A stretch of 64,000 bases of DNA from an uncultured Holophagales bacterium (lineage in GTDB: Bacteria > Acidobacteriota > Thermoanaerobaculia > Multivoradales > UBA5704), in contig CAWJGT010000009.1 in assembly GCA_963842525.1 (NCBI GenBank), forward strand, positions 1,632,001 to 1,696,000. Direction: 5' to 3'. Positions within the stretch are counted from its first letter, which is position 1. Every line of letters starts with the position of its first letter. The position numbers were made by a program, and so were the translations under genes. This document shows, piece by piece, positions 47,474-57,169 of the stretch. The notes below the pieces were generated by a model, which was given only the letters and a program-made list of their open reading frames with translations, searched no databases and was not told where the DNA came from.

Positions 47474-49240
47474 ATGCGAGCGGCAACGGTTCTGATCCTT
47501 GCCTGGGTCGCGATCGGCGCGGCACCCCCGTCGCCCGTCCCCTTCGTCGACCGCGCCGCCGAATGGGGGTTGGTCTTCCAGTACTCGAACGGAGGCACGG
47601 GGCAGCTCTACTATCCGGAGATCGTCGGCGGGGGCGGGGCGCTCTTCGATTATGACAACGACGGCGACCTCGACGCCTTCCTGGTCCAGGGCACGGTGCT
47701 CGAGCCCGGCAAGCAGGACACCACCTCCCCCCGGGGCGGACGCCTGTTCCGCAGCGACCTGATCGCGGGCGGGACGCGCAACCCGCAGCCCCGCTTCGTC
47801 GATGTGACCGAGGCGAGCGGCATCCGGGCGCTCGGCTATGGCATGGGGACCGCCACCGGCGACTTCGACAACGACGGATGGGTCGACCTCTACGTCCTGA
47901 ACTTCGGCCCCAACCAGCTCTGGAGAAACCAAGGTGACGGCACTTTCGCAGAGGTGGGCAAGGCCGCCGGGGCCGACGATCCGCGCATGAGCCTCTCCGC
48001 TTCGTTCGCCGACCTCGACCGCGATGGCTGGCTCGACCTCTTCGTCGCCAACTACGTCGAGTTCTCGGTGGACCGCAACCTGCGCTGTTCCGCGCCGAGC
48101 AGCCGGCGGGATTACTGCGGCCCGTCCGCCTTCCCGCCTGCGCCCGACCGCCTGCTGCGCAACCGCGGCAACGGCACGTTCGAGGACGTGTCTCTACGCT
48201 CCGGCATCGCCGGCGCGGCCGGCCGCGGCATGGGGGTCGTGGCCGCCGACCTCGACGGCGACGGCTGGCAGGACCTGTTCGTCACCAACGACGGCATGTA
48301 CAACTACCTCTGGCACAACCGGCGGGACTTCACGTTCGAAGAGATCGGGCTTCCCGCCGGGGTGGCGGTCAACGCGGACGGCCGGGCCGAGGCCAATATG
48401 GGAATCGCCGTGGCCGACTTGGACGAGGATGGCGACGTGGACCTGTTCGTCACCCATCTGACGGGGGAGACCAACACGCTCTGGGTCAACGACGGCGCCG
48501 GCCTGTTCGAGGACCGCACGGCCCTGTCGGGCCTCGGCGCGCCGAGCCTGCCGTTCACCGGCTTCGGCACAGGCGCGCTCGACGTGGACCGCGACGGCCG
48601 CCTCGACCTGCTGGCGGTCAACGGCGCGGTCCACGTGATCGAGGAGCAGGCACGGCGGGGCGACCCGTTCCCCTATGCCGAGACCCACCAGCTCTTCCGC
48701 AACCTGGGCGGCGGGCGCTTCGCCGACATCAGCCGCGAGGCGGGGCCGCCGTTCTCGGTCCCCGAGGTCGGCCGGGGAGCGGCTTTCGGCGACGTGGACA
48801 ACGACGGAGATACGGACGTTCTGGTGATCAACTGCAACGGTCCGGCCCGTCTCCTCGTCAACCAGCTCGCGGACAGCAAGGCCTGGCTCGGGCTGCGGCT
48901 CGTCGGACGTCCGCCGGGGGCGCCGGGGGCGAAGAAAGAGCACGACCTGCTGGGGGCGCGGGTGGAGGTGGTCCGGCGCGGCGCGGGCTCTCTCTGGCGG
49001 CAGTCGGGCACGGGCGGCAGCTATGCCACCGGGAGCGATCCGCGGGTGCTGGTCGGGCTCGACGGGTCGCCGGAGGTGACGGAGGTGCTGGTCCGCTGGC
49101 CCGACGGCAAGGCCGAGTCCTTCCCACCGCCGCCGCTCCGGACGTACACGACGCTGGTGCAGGGGAGCGGGAAGACCCTCACCCCCGGCCCCTCTCCCAT
49201 CCGCACTCCCGCACACCCGGGAGAGGGGAGCCCACCATGA
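47474..49240 (+). CDS. CRTAC1-family FG-GAP / ASPIC-UnbV protein
   Basis: Repeated DxDxDGxxDL motifs; C-terminal GGSY...VGL...VRWPDG. Confidence 0.92.
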   Translation: MRAATVLILAWVAIGAAPPSPVPFVDRAAEWGLVFQYSNGGTGQLYYPEIVGGGGALFDYDNDGDLDAFLVQGTVLEPGKQDTTSPRGGRLFRSDLIAGGTRNPQPRFVDVTEASGIRALGYGMGTATGDFDNDGWVDLYVLNFGPNQLWRNQGDGTFAEVGKAAGADDPRMSLSASFADLDRDGWLDLFVANYVEFSVDRNLRCSAPSSRRDYCGPSAFPPAPDRLLRNRGNGTFEDVSLRSGIAGAAGRGMGVVAADLDGDGWQDLFVTNDGMYNYLWHNRRDFTFEEIGLPAGVAVNADGRAEANMGIAVADLDEDGDVDLFVTHLTGETNTLWVNDGAGLFEDRTALSGLGAPSLPFTGFGTGALDVDRDGRLDLLAVNGAVHVIEEQARRGDPFPYAETHQLFRNLGGGRFADISREAGPPFSVPEVGRGAAFGDVDNDGDTDVLVINCNGPARLLVNQLADSKAWLGLRLVGRPPGAPGAKKEHDLLGARVEVVRRGAGSLWRQSGTGGSYATGSDPRVLVGLDGSPEVTEVLVRWPDGKAESFPPPPLRTYTTLVQGSGKTLTPGPSPIRTPAHPGEGSPP

Positions 49241-49324
49241 GCTTCATTCGTATTTTTTCGCATTTTCCCCCCTCTCCCGGGGGTCGGGAGTGCGGATGGG
49301 AGAGGGGGGCCAGGGGGGTGAGGG
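49176..49324. repeat. CCCTCTCCC palindromic element, inverted dimer, copy E, straddling a gene junction
   Basis: The left unit encodes the CRTAC1 C-terminus, the right unit the TPR protein N-terminus; ATGA stop/start lies in the spacer. Confidence 0.85.
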
Positions 49325-50871
49325 CCCCACTCGTCGCCGTCCTCCTTCTCCTCGCCGCGCGGCTCCTCTCCGCACAGCCAACGGGCAAGGCCATGGACCC
49401 GACCGTGCCGTTCCCGGACCTCGATGCGCTGGACCCGGAGGTGGCGGAGCAGCTCGGTGCGGGGCAGCGTCAGCTTTTCCAAATTCTGGCGACACCCGCG
49501 GCGGATGCACGTGCCCGCGCCAGGGCCTTCGGCGACCTGGGCAAGCTCTATCAAACCTATGCGCTGCTGGAGCCGGCGGAGGCCTGCTATCGCAACGCGG
49601 CGCGGCTCGATGGCACGGACTTCCGCTGGCCGCACTATCTGGGGTCGGTCCTCCAGCAGGCCAGCCGCCTCGACGAGGCGACTGCGGCCTATGAGAAGGC
49701 CCTGGCGCTCTCGCCCAATGACGTGCCGGCCCTCGTCTATCTGGCGGAAATTGCGCGCCTCCAGGGCCGTACCGGGGAGGCCGAGGAACGCCTGCGGCGC
49801 GCGCTCGCCGCCGATCCCGCCTCGACCGCCGCCAAGGCCCTGCTCGGGCAGGCGGCGCTCGACCGGCGGGACTATGCCGCGGCGGTGAAGCTCCTCGAGA
49901 CGGCCCTCGCCGAGGCGCCCACGGCCGGCCGCCTTCACTTCCTGCTCTCCCGCGCCTACCAGGGACTGGGCGACAAAGCCAGGGCCGACGAGCACCTCGC
50001 GAAGGTCGGCCCGGTGGGAGTCCGCCCGGCCGATCCTCTCCTGGACGAGCTCGACAAGCTGCGGTCGGGCGAGAAGGCGCACCTGATCCGCGGCAAGACC
50101 GCTTTCGACAACGGGCGCTTCGCCGAGGCGGCAGACGAGTACCGCCGTGCCCTGGCGGCGCGACCGGAGAGCGTCGAGGCACGGGTCAACCTCGCCGCGG
50201 CCCTGGTGCAGACAGGAGATCTCCCTGCGGCCGTCGCCGCGCTGCGGGAGGCCCTGCAGCGGGACTCCGCGAACGCCACCGCGCATTTCAACCTCGGCAC
50301 GCTGCTCGCCCTGCAGGGCCCTTCGGAAGAGGCCCGCGAGCACCTCGCCGCGGCCGTGGCGGCCCTGCCGAAGGATGCCGAGGCGCGCCGCTCCCTGGCG
50401 CGTGTCCTGCGGGACGCCGGCCGCCTCGAGGAGGCGCTGGCGGAGTACGGGAAATCCTTGGAGCTCGATCCGGCCAGCGAAGCGGCCCGCCTGGGCGAGG
50501 CCGAGACCCTGGTCCGCATGGGGCGGTACGGTCCGGCGCGGGAGCGTCTGGAGGAGGGGCTGCGGTTGCTGCCCCGGAGCGGGCTCCTGGCGCTCGGCCT
50601 GGCCCGGCTCCTGGCGGCGTGCCCGGACCGCGCGCAGCGGGACGGCGCCCGCGCTCTCGAGCTGGCCATGGCCGTCTGGCAGGCGCAGCCGTCCGCCGTC
50701 CACGCCGCGGTGGTCGCGATGGCCAGCGCGGAGAAGGGAGACTGCGGCGAGGCCGCCCGCTGGCAGCGGATCGCGATCGAGGAGGCCGGACGCACCGGCC
50801 CCGCGGACGCGCTCCCCGGCATGAAGGAGGCTCTCGCCGTTTACGAGCGCGGCGCGCCCTGCCGCCCCTGA
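49237..50871 (+). CDS. TPR-repeat protein
   Basis: Multiple TPR repeats (AEACYRNA, ATAAYEKAL, ARVNLA, AHFNLG). Confidence 0.9.
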   Translation: MSFIRIFSHFPPSPGGRECGWERGARGVRAPLVAVLLLLAARLLSAQPTGKAMDPTVPFPDLDALDPEVAEQLGAGQRQLFQILATPAADARARARAFGDLGKLYQTYALLEPAEACYRNAARLDGTDFRWPHYLGSVLQQASRLDEATAAYEKALALSPNDVPALVYLAEIARLQGRTGEAEERLRRALAADPASTAAKALLGQAALDRRDYAAAVKLLETALAEAPTAGRLHFLLSRAYQGLGDKARADEHLAKVGPVGVRPADPLLDELDKLRSGEKAHLIRGKTAFDNGRFAEAADEYRRALAARPESVEARVNLAAALVQTGDLPAAVAALREALQRDSANATAHFNLGTLLALQGPSEEAREHLAAAVAALPKDAEARRSLARVLRDAGRLEEALAEYGKSLELDPASEAARLGEAETLVRMGRYGPARERLEEGLRLLPRSGLLALGLARLLAACPDRAQRDGARALELAMAVWQAQPSAVHAAVVAMASAEKGDCGEAARWQRIAIEEAGRTGPADALPGMKEALAVYERGAPCRP

Positions 50872-51027
50872 ATACCCCTTTAGAGGGTGTTTCGAAAGTC
50901 CCTGGACGAACAGCCTTTCCCTGGGACCGCGGGCGTCCCGCCCGCTCTCTACGAACTTGGGCCGACAGCGGGTTTGTGGCAGCTCTCTGGTCGCTGGGAG
51001 TCTGGGCGGGCGAGACGCCCGCGGTCC

Positions 51028-52872
51028 GTGCGCCCACAAGCGCACTTGTCCAGAGAGGTGAAAGTCCTCTTCAGGCATACGTTCTCCGGCCTGTAACTGA
51101 AGGTAACTGCGTCGCCGTGAGGCGGGGTGGGGAGCAACTGGAGGTGAGAGACCAGTCCGTAGGATGACGAACTCGATTCGGCCGTGCGCATCGGCGAGCC
51201 AGCGGACTAATGGTGAAGCCCAGACCCGCAAGGGAAGCCCATCGAGCCGAGGGGTAGCGTGCAAAGGCGACGATGGGGGTGTGTGGGGTGGTTGGAGACA
51301 GAATGGTCTCAAAGGACGAGTGACGTGAAGTGGGGAGACCTCGGGAGAGGCCAAAGGAGGGTCCCCGAGGAGTCACAGGCCCCGTAGTAGCGAAGAAGCG
51401 CCGTAACGGGCGTGGAGCCAAGGGGGACAGGAAGGTGGATACATGAGCCTCAGACAGGAGGAGAAGACACCGGCTGCAGTGCCCTTCGGGGCTAGCCTGG
51501 CCGGAGAGACTCGGGGCCGCTGGTCCTGGGTGGAACCGAGCGTCTGGAGCGCACGTATGTTGACGGCCCTCGATGAGGGGGTCCAAGGAGGAACGTGGTA
51601 CAGCCTGATCGACAAGGTCAGCTCGCTGGCGAATCTGCGGTCGTCCTTCGCGAAGGTGAAGAGCAACCGAGGCAGCGCCGGCGTGGACCGAGTGACGATC
51701 GGGATGTTTGAGGCGACTCTGGAGGAGAACCTGGAGCGCCTGTCGAGGAGCCTGCGGGAGGGGAGTTACCGAGCGCAAGCGATCCGTCGGGTGTGGATTC
51801 CGAAGCCAGGGAGCCGGGAGAAACGGCCCCTGGGGATTCCGACGGTTCGAGACCGAGTGGTTCAGACCGCGTTGCGCAACGTGCTGGAGCCGATCTATGA
51901 ACGGGACTTCGCAGCACAGAGCTACGGATTCCGTCCGCAGAGAGGCACCAAGGATGCTCTGCGTCGGGTCGCCGAGTTGTTGGCGGCCGGGTATGTGCAC
52001 GTGGTGGATGCGGATCTGAAGAGCTACTACGACACAATTCCTCGCGAGCCCCTGATGGGGTTGGTGAGGGGCAAGGTGTCCGACGGCAAGGTCCTGGGCC
52101 TGCTGCAAGGGTATTTGGAGCAGGAGGTGATGGAGAGTGCCGACCACTGGACTCCAGAGGGGGGAACCCCGCAAGGAGCCGTGATCAGCCCCCTGTTGTC
52201 CAACATCTACCTGGACCCGCTGGACCATCACATGGCTCGGTTTGGCTATGAGATGGTGCGGTATGCGGACGACTTTGTGATCTTGTGCCAGAGTCAGCTC
52301 GAGGCCCAATGGGCCCTGATCATGGTCGAGGAGTGGGTGACTGCGGCAGGTTTGCAGCTCCACCCTGACAAGACGCGGATCGTCGATGCCAGCCAGCGTG
52401 GGGGCTTCGACTTCCTGGGGTATCACTTCGAGCGGGGCCTTCGTTGGCCCAGCGCGAAGAGCCGCCGTAAGTTCCAGGACAAGATTCGCAGCAAGACCGG
52501 GCGCACCAACGGGCACAGCCTCCAGCGGATCATCGCGGACCTGGTATCGATCCAGCGCGGCTGGTTTGAATACTTCAACACAGCCACTGGTCGACCTTTG
52601 AGCAACTGGACAAGTGGATCCGGATGCGGCTTCGCAGCATCCTGCGCCACCGCCAGAAGCGCAAGGGGAGATCCCGGGGCCGCGATCACAACCGCTGGCC
52701 GAAGACCTTCTTTGCTGAGCTTGGGCTGTACTCCTTCTACGCAGCCTACGCCCAGACCCGTCAACCCTCTCGGAGGTAAGACCACCAACCGGAGAGCCGG
52801 ATGCGGGAGATCCGCACGTCCGGTTCGGAGGGAGGGGGGACCGGGTAAACAACCGGTCCTCCCTACCCCTAT
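51028..52872 (+). mobile_element. Group II intron (1845 nt)
   Basis: 5' GTGCG; domain V GAGCCGGATGCGGGAGATCCGCACGTCCGGTTC; domain VI ending CCCTACCCCTAT; encodes an RT. Confidence 0.93.
51443..52779 (+). CDS. ltrA: Group II intron reverse transcriptase/maturase without an endonuclease domain; 1-bp frameshift near 52578
   Basis: RPLGIPTVRDR, SYGFRP, GTPQGAVISPLLSNIYL, RYADD, FDFLGY; thumb region LDKWIRMRLRSIL in the shifted frame to TAA 52779. Confidence 0.92.
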
Positions 52873-52994
52873 CAGGGGCCCCCACCACGCCCCAATGGCC
52901 CCCCGGTGCCGCCAGCAGCGGGGCTTTTGAGACACCCTCTTAGAGACCATCTTGAGTTAATATTCCTCGAACTGCTTGTGCAGGGTAAATTCAG

Positions 52995-55900
52995 ATGGCC
53001 TTGCTCCTCGTCAGGAATCCGTGGCGCGCGGTTCTGGGCGTCTGCCTGCTCGCTGTCTTCGGTGGCGTCGCGGACGGGGAGCAGCTCCCTGTCCGCAGCT
53101 TCGGAATCGAGGACGGCCTCGCGGGCGATTCCATCACCCGGATCCTCCAGGACCCCCGCGGCTATCTCTGGATCGGCACGACGGACGGCCTGAGCCGCTT
53201 CGACGGGGAGCGGTTTCTCAGCTATGGCACGGCCGAGGGGCTCCCCCATACACGGGTCTACGACCTGCTGGTGACCCGCGAGGGCACCTACTGGATCGCG
53301 ACCCGTGATGGGCTTGCCCGGCTCGTGCCCGACCCGCTGCCGGACGGCAAGGTTTTCGAGCCGGTAGGCCTGGGCTCGGCCGGCCCGGAGCCGGTCTATG
53401 CCCTCTATGAGGATCACGCCGGCCGTCTCTGGATTGGGGGCGAGGCGCGGCTCTTCGTCCTCGAAGGGGGGGCCGAGGCCATCCGGGAGATCGAGCTGGG
53501 ACGCCAGGGGCTCCCTTCGGGGCGAGTGGAGGCGTTTGCAGAGACCGCCGACGGCAGCCTCTGGGTCGGGACCGAGGGGGGGCTGCTGCGGTTGGCGCCG
53601 GGCGGCGGCTGGACGAGCTATCCCGTCAAGCCGCACCACGGCAACGACTCGGTCCACGACCTCGAGGTGGACCGGCAGGACAGGCTGTGGATCGCGCACG
53701 AGCAGCACGCGGTCGTCCTCTGGCCCGCGCCGGCGGACCGGGCCGTGGACGGACGGCGCGCCCCGCTGGCGCAGCAGGCCGAGAAGGCCGGATGCCTCGT
53801 CAGCGCCGGAGGAGCCGGCCGCCTGCCGGCAATCCCGGGAGAGGTCTGCCTCCTGGGCGGGCCTGGGGAGGCCGGCTGGCGGCAGGTCCATATCGCGAGC
53901 AAGGAGGGCCTGGTCTGGATGGCGACGGCGCGAGGGCTCTTCGTCTGGCACCAGGGCCGGCTTCGCCTGGCGACCGAGCAGAACGGCCTCGCCGAGCGCT
54001 CCCTCACCGCCGTTCTGGAGGACCGGGACACCAACATCTGGCTGGGTACGGAGAGCCGCGGGCTGCAGCGCCTGGCGGACAACGGCTTCGTGGGGTTCAC
54101 CCAGGAGGACGGCCTGGCCCACCCGCGGATCACCGCCATCATCCCGGGCCGGGACGGTGCTCTCTACGTGCAGTCGGGCGACACCTTCGAGGGTGCGCTC
54201 TGGCTCCACCGGCTGAGCAGCTCCGGCCTCGAGGCGATCCGCCCGAAGCTCCCGCCCGAGGTGACCTATCTTGGCTGGAGCATGCGCCAGACGGCCGTGC
54301 TCGACCAGGAGGGACGGTGGTGGCTCGCCACGGGCCAGGGGCTGCTGCGGTATCCGGCCGTCTCCCGCTTCGCGGACCTCGCGTCGACCGAGCCGCACCG
54401 TTACACGGCCCGCGACGGGCTGGGCGGCAACAGCATCCTGCGGCTCCTCGAAGACCGCCATGGCGACCTCTGGATCGGCACCTACGGAGAGCGCCCGCTG
54501 ACGCGGTGGCTCCGCGCGACCGGCGAGATGCGGACGTACGGGCGCGACGACGGCCTTCCTGACGGGCTGCCATCCGCCCTTGCGGAGGACCGGGCGGGCC
54601 AGATCTGGATCGGCTTCGCGGACAAGGGTCTGGTCCGCCTCCACGCCGGGCGGTTCGAGCGGCTCGGCGCCGGAGACGGCCTCCCGGAGGGAGCCATCCA
54701 GGATCTTTTCGTCGACCGCTCGGGCCGCCTCTGGATCGCGACCGAGGACGGCGGCGCCGGCCGGCTGGACGTGCCCGCGGCCCCGCGGCAGCGGCTCCGC
54801 ATCACCCGGGTCCACGGGCTCTCCTCGAACGAGGTCCGCTGTGTGGCCGAGGACCGGTGGGGGCGGATCTATCTCGGAGGCCGCAAAGGGGTCGACCGGC
54901 TCGACCCCCGCTCCGGCCGGATCGATCATTTCACCACGGTCGACGGCCTGACGAGCAACGCCGTGGACGTACTGCGCCGGGACGGCATGGGCCTGATCTG
55001 GGCCGGCACCAACGGTGGCCTGTCGCGGCTGGTGCCCATCGCCACCGGCAAGGCGGCCGCCGTCCCGTCGTCCTGGATCACCGAGATCCGGGTCGACGGC
55101 GTCCCCAAGCCTGTCTCCACGCTGGGAGCGTCCACGGTCCCGGAGCTCGAGCTGGAAGCGGGCCGCAACCGGCTCGAGATCGAGTTCCTCGCCGTGAGCT
55201 TCGTCCCGGGGAGGCGCATCCAGTACGAGCACAAGCTGGTGGGGATCCATCGGACCTGGAGCCGCGCGACCATGTCGCGTTCCGTGCTGCTCGCCCACCT
55301 GGCCCCCGGCAGCTTCCGGTTCCTGGTCCGCGCCGTGGCTCCCGAGGAGGGGAAGGAGAGCGGCAAGTACGCCGAGCTCCACCTGGTCGTCCTCCCTCCG
55401 CTCTGGCGCCGGCCCTGGTTCCTGGGGCTCGCCGTGCTCGTCCTGGCCGGCGGCGCCGCGGCTCTCTACCGCTACCGCGTGGCCCACCTGCTGGCCCTCG
55501 AGCGGATGCGCACCCGCATCGCCACCGACCTCCACGACGACCTCGGATCGAGCCTGTCGCGCATTTCCATCCTGAGCGAGGTGGCCCGCCGGCGAGCCGA
55601 GGCGGACCCGGAGAGCGGGCGGCTCCTCACCGAGATCGGCGAGACCGCACGCGAGATGATGGAGGCCCTGAGCGAGAGCATCTGGTCGATCGACCCCCGG
55701 CGGGACGACCTGCGCAGCCTCGCCACGCGCATCCGCCGTTTCGCCGGCGACCTTTTGGAAGGGCGTGGAATCGCCTGGCACCTCCAGGCGCCGCCCGACG
55801 GCGAGCTGGTCCGGCTCTCGCCCGGGGAGCGCCGCCAGCTCTACCTGATCGTCAAGGAGGCGCTCCACAACGCGGCCCGGCACTCGGGCGCGCATGCAGT

Positions 55901-56123
55901 CTCCATGGACCTCGGCCTCTCGGGCCGGCGGCTGGCCGCGGAGATCCGCGACGACGGGAAGGGCTTCATGCCGCCGGAGGAGAGCGACGACGTGGGGCGG
56001 CACGGCCTGTCCAGCATGAAGGCGCGGGCCATCGCCCTGGGCGGCCGGTTGACGATCGATTCGATCCCCGGACAGGGGACGCGGATCCGCCTCGACGTGC
56101 CCCTTTCCGGCAGAAGCGCATGA
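52995..56123 (+). CDS. Sensor histidine kinase with beta-propeller (Reg_prop), Y_Y_Y, HisKA_3 and HATPase domains
   Basis: Repeated EDxxGxLWIG; RIATDLHDDLG, KEALHNAARHS, DDGKG, GLSSM. Confidence 0.93.
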   Translation: MALLLVRNPWRAVLGVCLLAVFGGVADGEQLPVRSFGIEDGLAGDSITRILQDPRGYLWIGTTDGLSRFDGERFLSYGTAEGLPHTRVYDLLVTREGTYWIATRDGLARLVPDPLPDGKVFEPVGLGSAGPEPVYALYEDHAGRLWIGGEARLFVLEGGAEAIREIELGRQGLPSGRVEAFAETADGSLWVGTEGGLLRLAPGGGWTSYPVKPHHGNDSVHDLEVDRQDRLWIAHEQHAVVLWPAPADRAVDGRRAPLAQQAEKAGCLVSAGGAGRLPAIPGEVCLLGGPGEAGWRQVHIASKEGLVWMATARGLFVWHQGRLRLATEQNGLAERSLTAVLEDRDTNIWLGTESRGLQRLADNGFVGFTQEDGLAHPRITAIIPGRDGALYVQSGDTFEGALWLHRLSSSGLEAIRPKLPPEVTYLGWSMRQTAVLDQEGRWWLATGQGLLRYPAVSRFADLASTEPHRYTARDGLGGNSILRLLEDRHGDLWIGTYGERPLTRWLRATGEMRTYGRDDGLPDGLPSALAEDRAGQIWIGFADKGLVRLHAGRFERLGAGDGLPEGAIQDLFVDRSGRLWIATEDGGAGRLDVPAAPRQRLRITRVHGLSSNEVRCVAEDRWGRIYLGGRKGVDRLDPRSGRIDHFTTVDGLTSNAVDVLRRDGMGLIWAGTNGGLSRLVPIATGKAAAVPSSWITEIRVDGVPKPVSTLGASTVPELELEAGRNRLEIEFLAVSFVPGRRIQYEHKLVGIHRTWSRATMSRSVLLAHLAPGSFRFLVRAVAPEEGKESGKYAELHLVVLPPLWRRPWFLGLAVLVLAGGAAALYRYRVAHLLALERMRTRIATDLHDDLGSSLSRISILSEVARRRAEADPESGRLLTEIGETAREMMEALSESIWSIDPRRDDLRSLATRIRRFAGDLLEGRGIAWHLQAPPDGELVRLSPGERRQLYLIVKEALHNAARHSGAHAVSMDLGLSGRRLAAEIRDDGKGFMPPEESDDVGRHGLSSMKARAIALGGRLTIDSIPGQGTRIRLDVPLSGRSA

Positions 56124-56183
56124 CCATGTCTTGGCCGGACCGGCAGCGGCATGGTACTCAATCACACCGAGCCGTATTCCAGA

Positions 56184-56831
56184 ATGACGACTGCAGACAC
56201 GATTCGAATCGCCATCGTCGAGGACGATCCGTCGACTCAGCAGGGGCTGAAGCTTCTCATCGACGGCACCCCGGGGTTCCGTTGCGCGGGCGTATTCGGC
56301 AGCGCTGAGCACGCCTTGCGCGGCCTGGGCTCGCTGTCGACCGACGTCCTCCTGCTCGACATCAGCCTCCCGGGCATGCCGGGCTCCGAGGCCGTCCGCC
56401 TCTTCCACGAGCGCCATCCGGCGATGTCGGTCCTCATGCTGACCCTCCACGACGACGAAGAGCGGATCTTCGAGTCGCTGTGCAACGGCGCGAGCGGCTA
56501 CCTGCTCAAGAAGACGCCGCCCGACCGGCTGCTCCAGGCGATCCGCGAGGCGCGCGACGATGGGGCTCCGCTGTCGCCCGAGATCGCCCACAAGGTGGTC
56601 CGCCTGTTCCGCGAGCTGCCGCCGCGGCCGAAGGTCGGCGGCGACCTCACGCGCCTGGAAGTCCGGCTGCTCTCCCTGCTCGCCGACGGCTACAGCTACC
56701 AGTCGGCGGCCGACGAGATGCGGGTGAGCATCAATACGGTCCGCAACTACATCCGCTCGATCTACGACAAGCTCCACGTCCATTCCAAGTCCGAAGCCGT
56801 GAGCAAGGCCATCAAAGCGCGCTTGATCTGA
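56184..56831 (+). CDS. NarL/LuxR-family response regulator
   Basis: IVEDD, LLDISLPG, GASGYLLK, SINTVRNYIRSIYDKL. Confidence 0.93.
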   Translation: MTTADTIRIAIVEDDPSTQQGLKLLIDGTPGFRCAGVFGSAEHALRGLGSLSTDVLLLDISLPGMPGSEAVRLFHERHPAMSVLMLTLHDDEERIFESLCNGASGYLLKKTPPDRLLQAIREARDDGAPLSPEIAHKVVRLFRELPPRPKVGGDLTRLEVRLLSLLADGYSYQSAADEMRVSINTVRNYIRSIYDKLHVHSKSEAVSKAIKARLI

Positions 56832-57169
56832 AATTCACGCATGCTCATGCGCTTCCCTAAGGCATCCTGACCGTCTAACCTCTCGATCGGAGGGAATTGA
56901 GGAGTAGTCGGAGGGCACGCTCCCTGGAACATTCATCCAGGGGCCATGTTTCGGAGGAGCCGGCTGGAGGGAGCCATTTTTTCAGTACCCTGAGGATTGC
57001 GCGCCGCCAGCGGTTGCGCGTCGATCTCGATTCCATTTCTCTATGGGGGAGCGGTGAGGGCCGCTCCCCTCCTTGTTTTTGGGGCACTGTGCCAGACTAC
57101 CGCCCCGTGTCCCAGCCCGCATCGATCCTCGACGATCCAGACCGCGCTCTTCCCGAGCGTCGATCGTGG

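Larger units (their letters stand above)
50883..52939. mobile_element. MITE-like element (212 bp without the intron) hosting a REP-like hairpin and a group II intron
   Basis: TIRs GAGGGTGTTTCGAAAGTCC and GGGCTTTTGAGACACCCTC (3 mismatches); TTA flanks both sides (50880-50882, 52940-52942). Confidence 0.7.

Noticed and set aside
51443-52779. Retron, DGR or defence RT
   Set aside because: Clear group II intron 5' end and domains V/VI surround the ORF.
52872-56783. 1303-aa minus-strand ORF and other long antisense ORFs (e.g. 21628..24954, 18790..21111)
   Set aside because: Shadow frames of real genes in GC-rich DNA, with no recognisable motifs.
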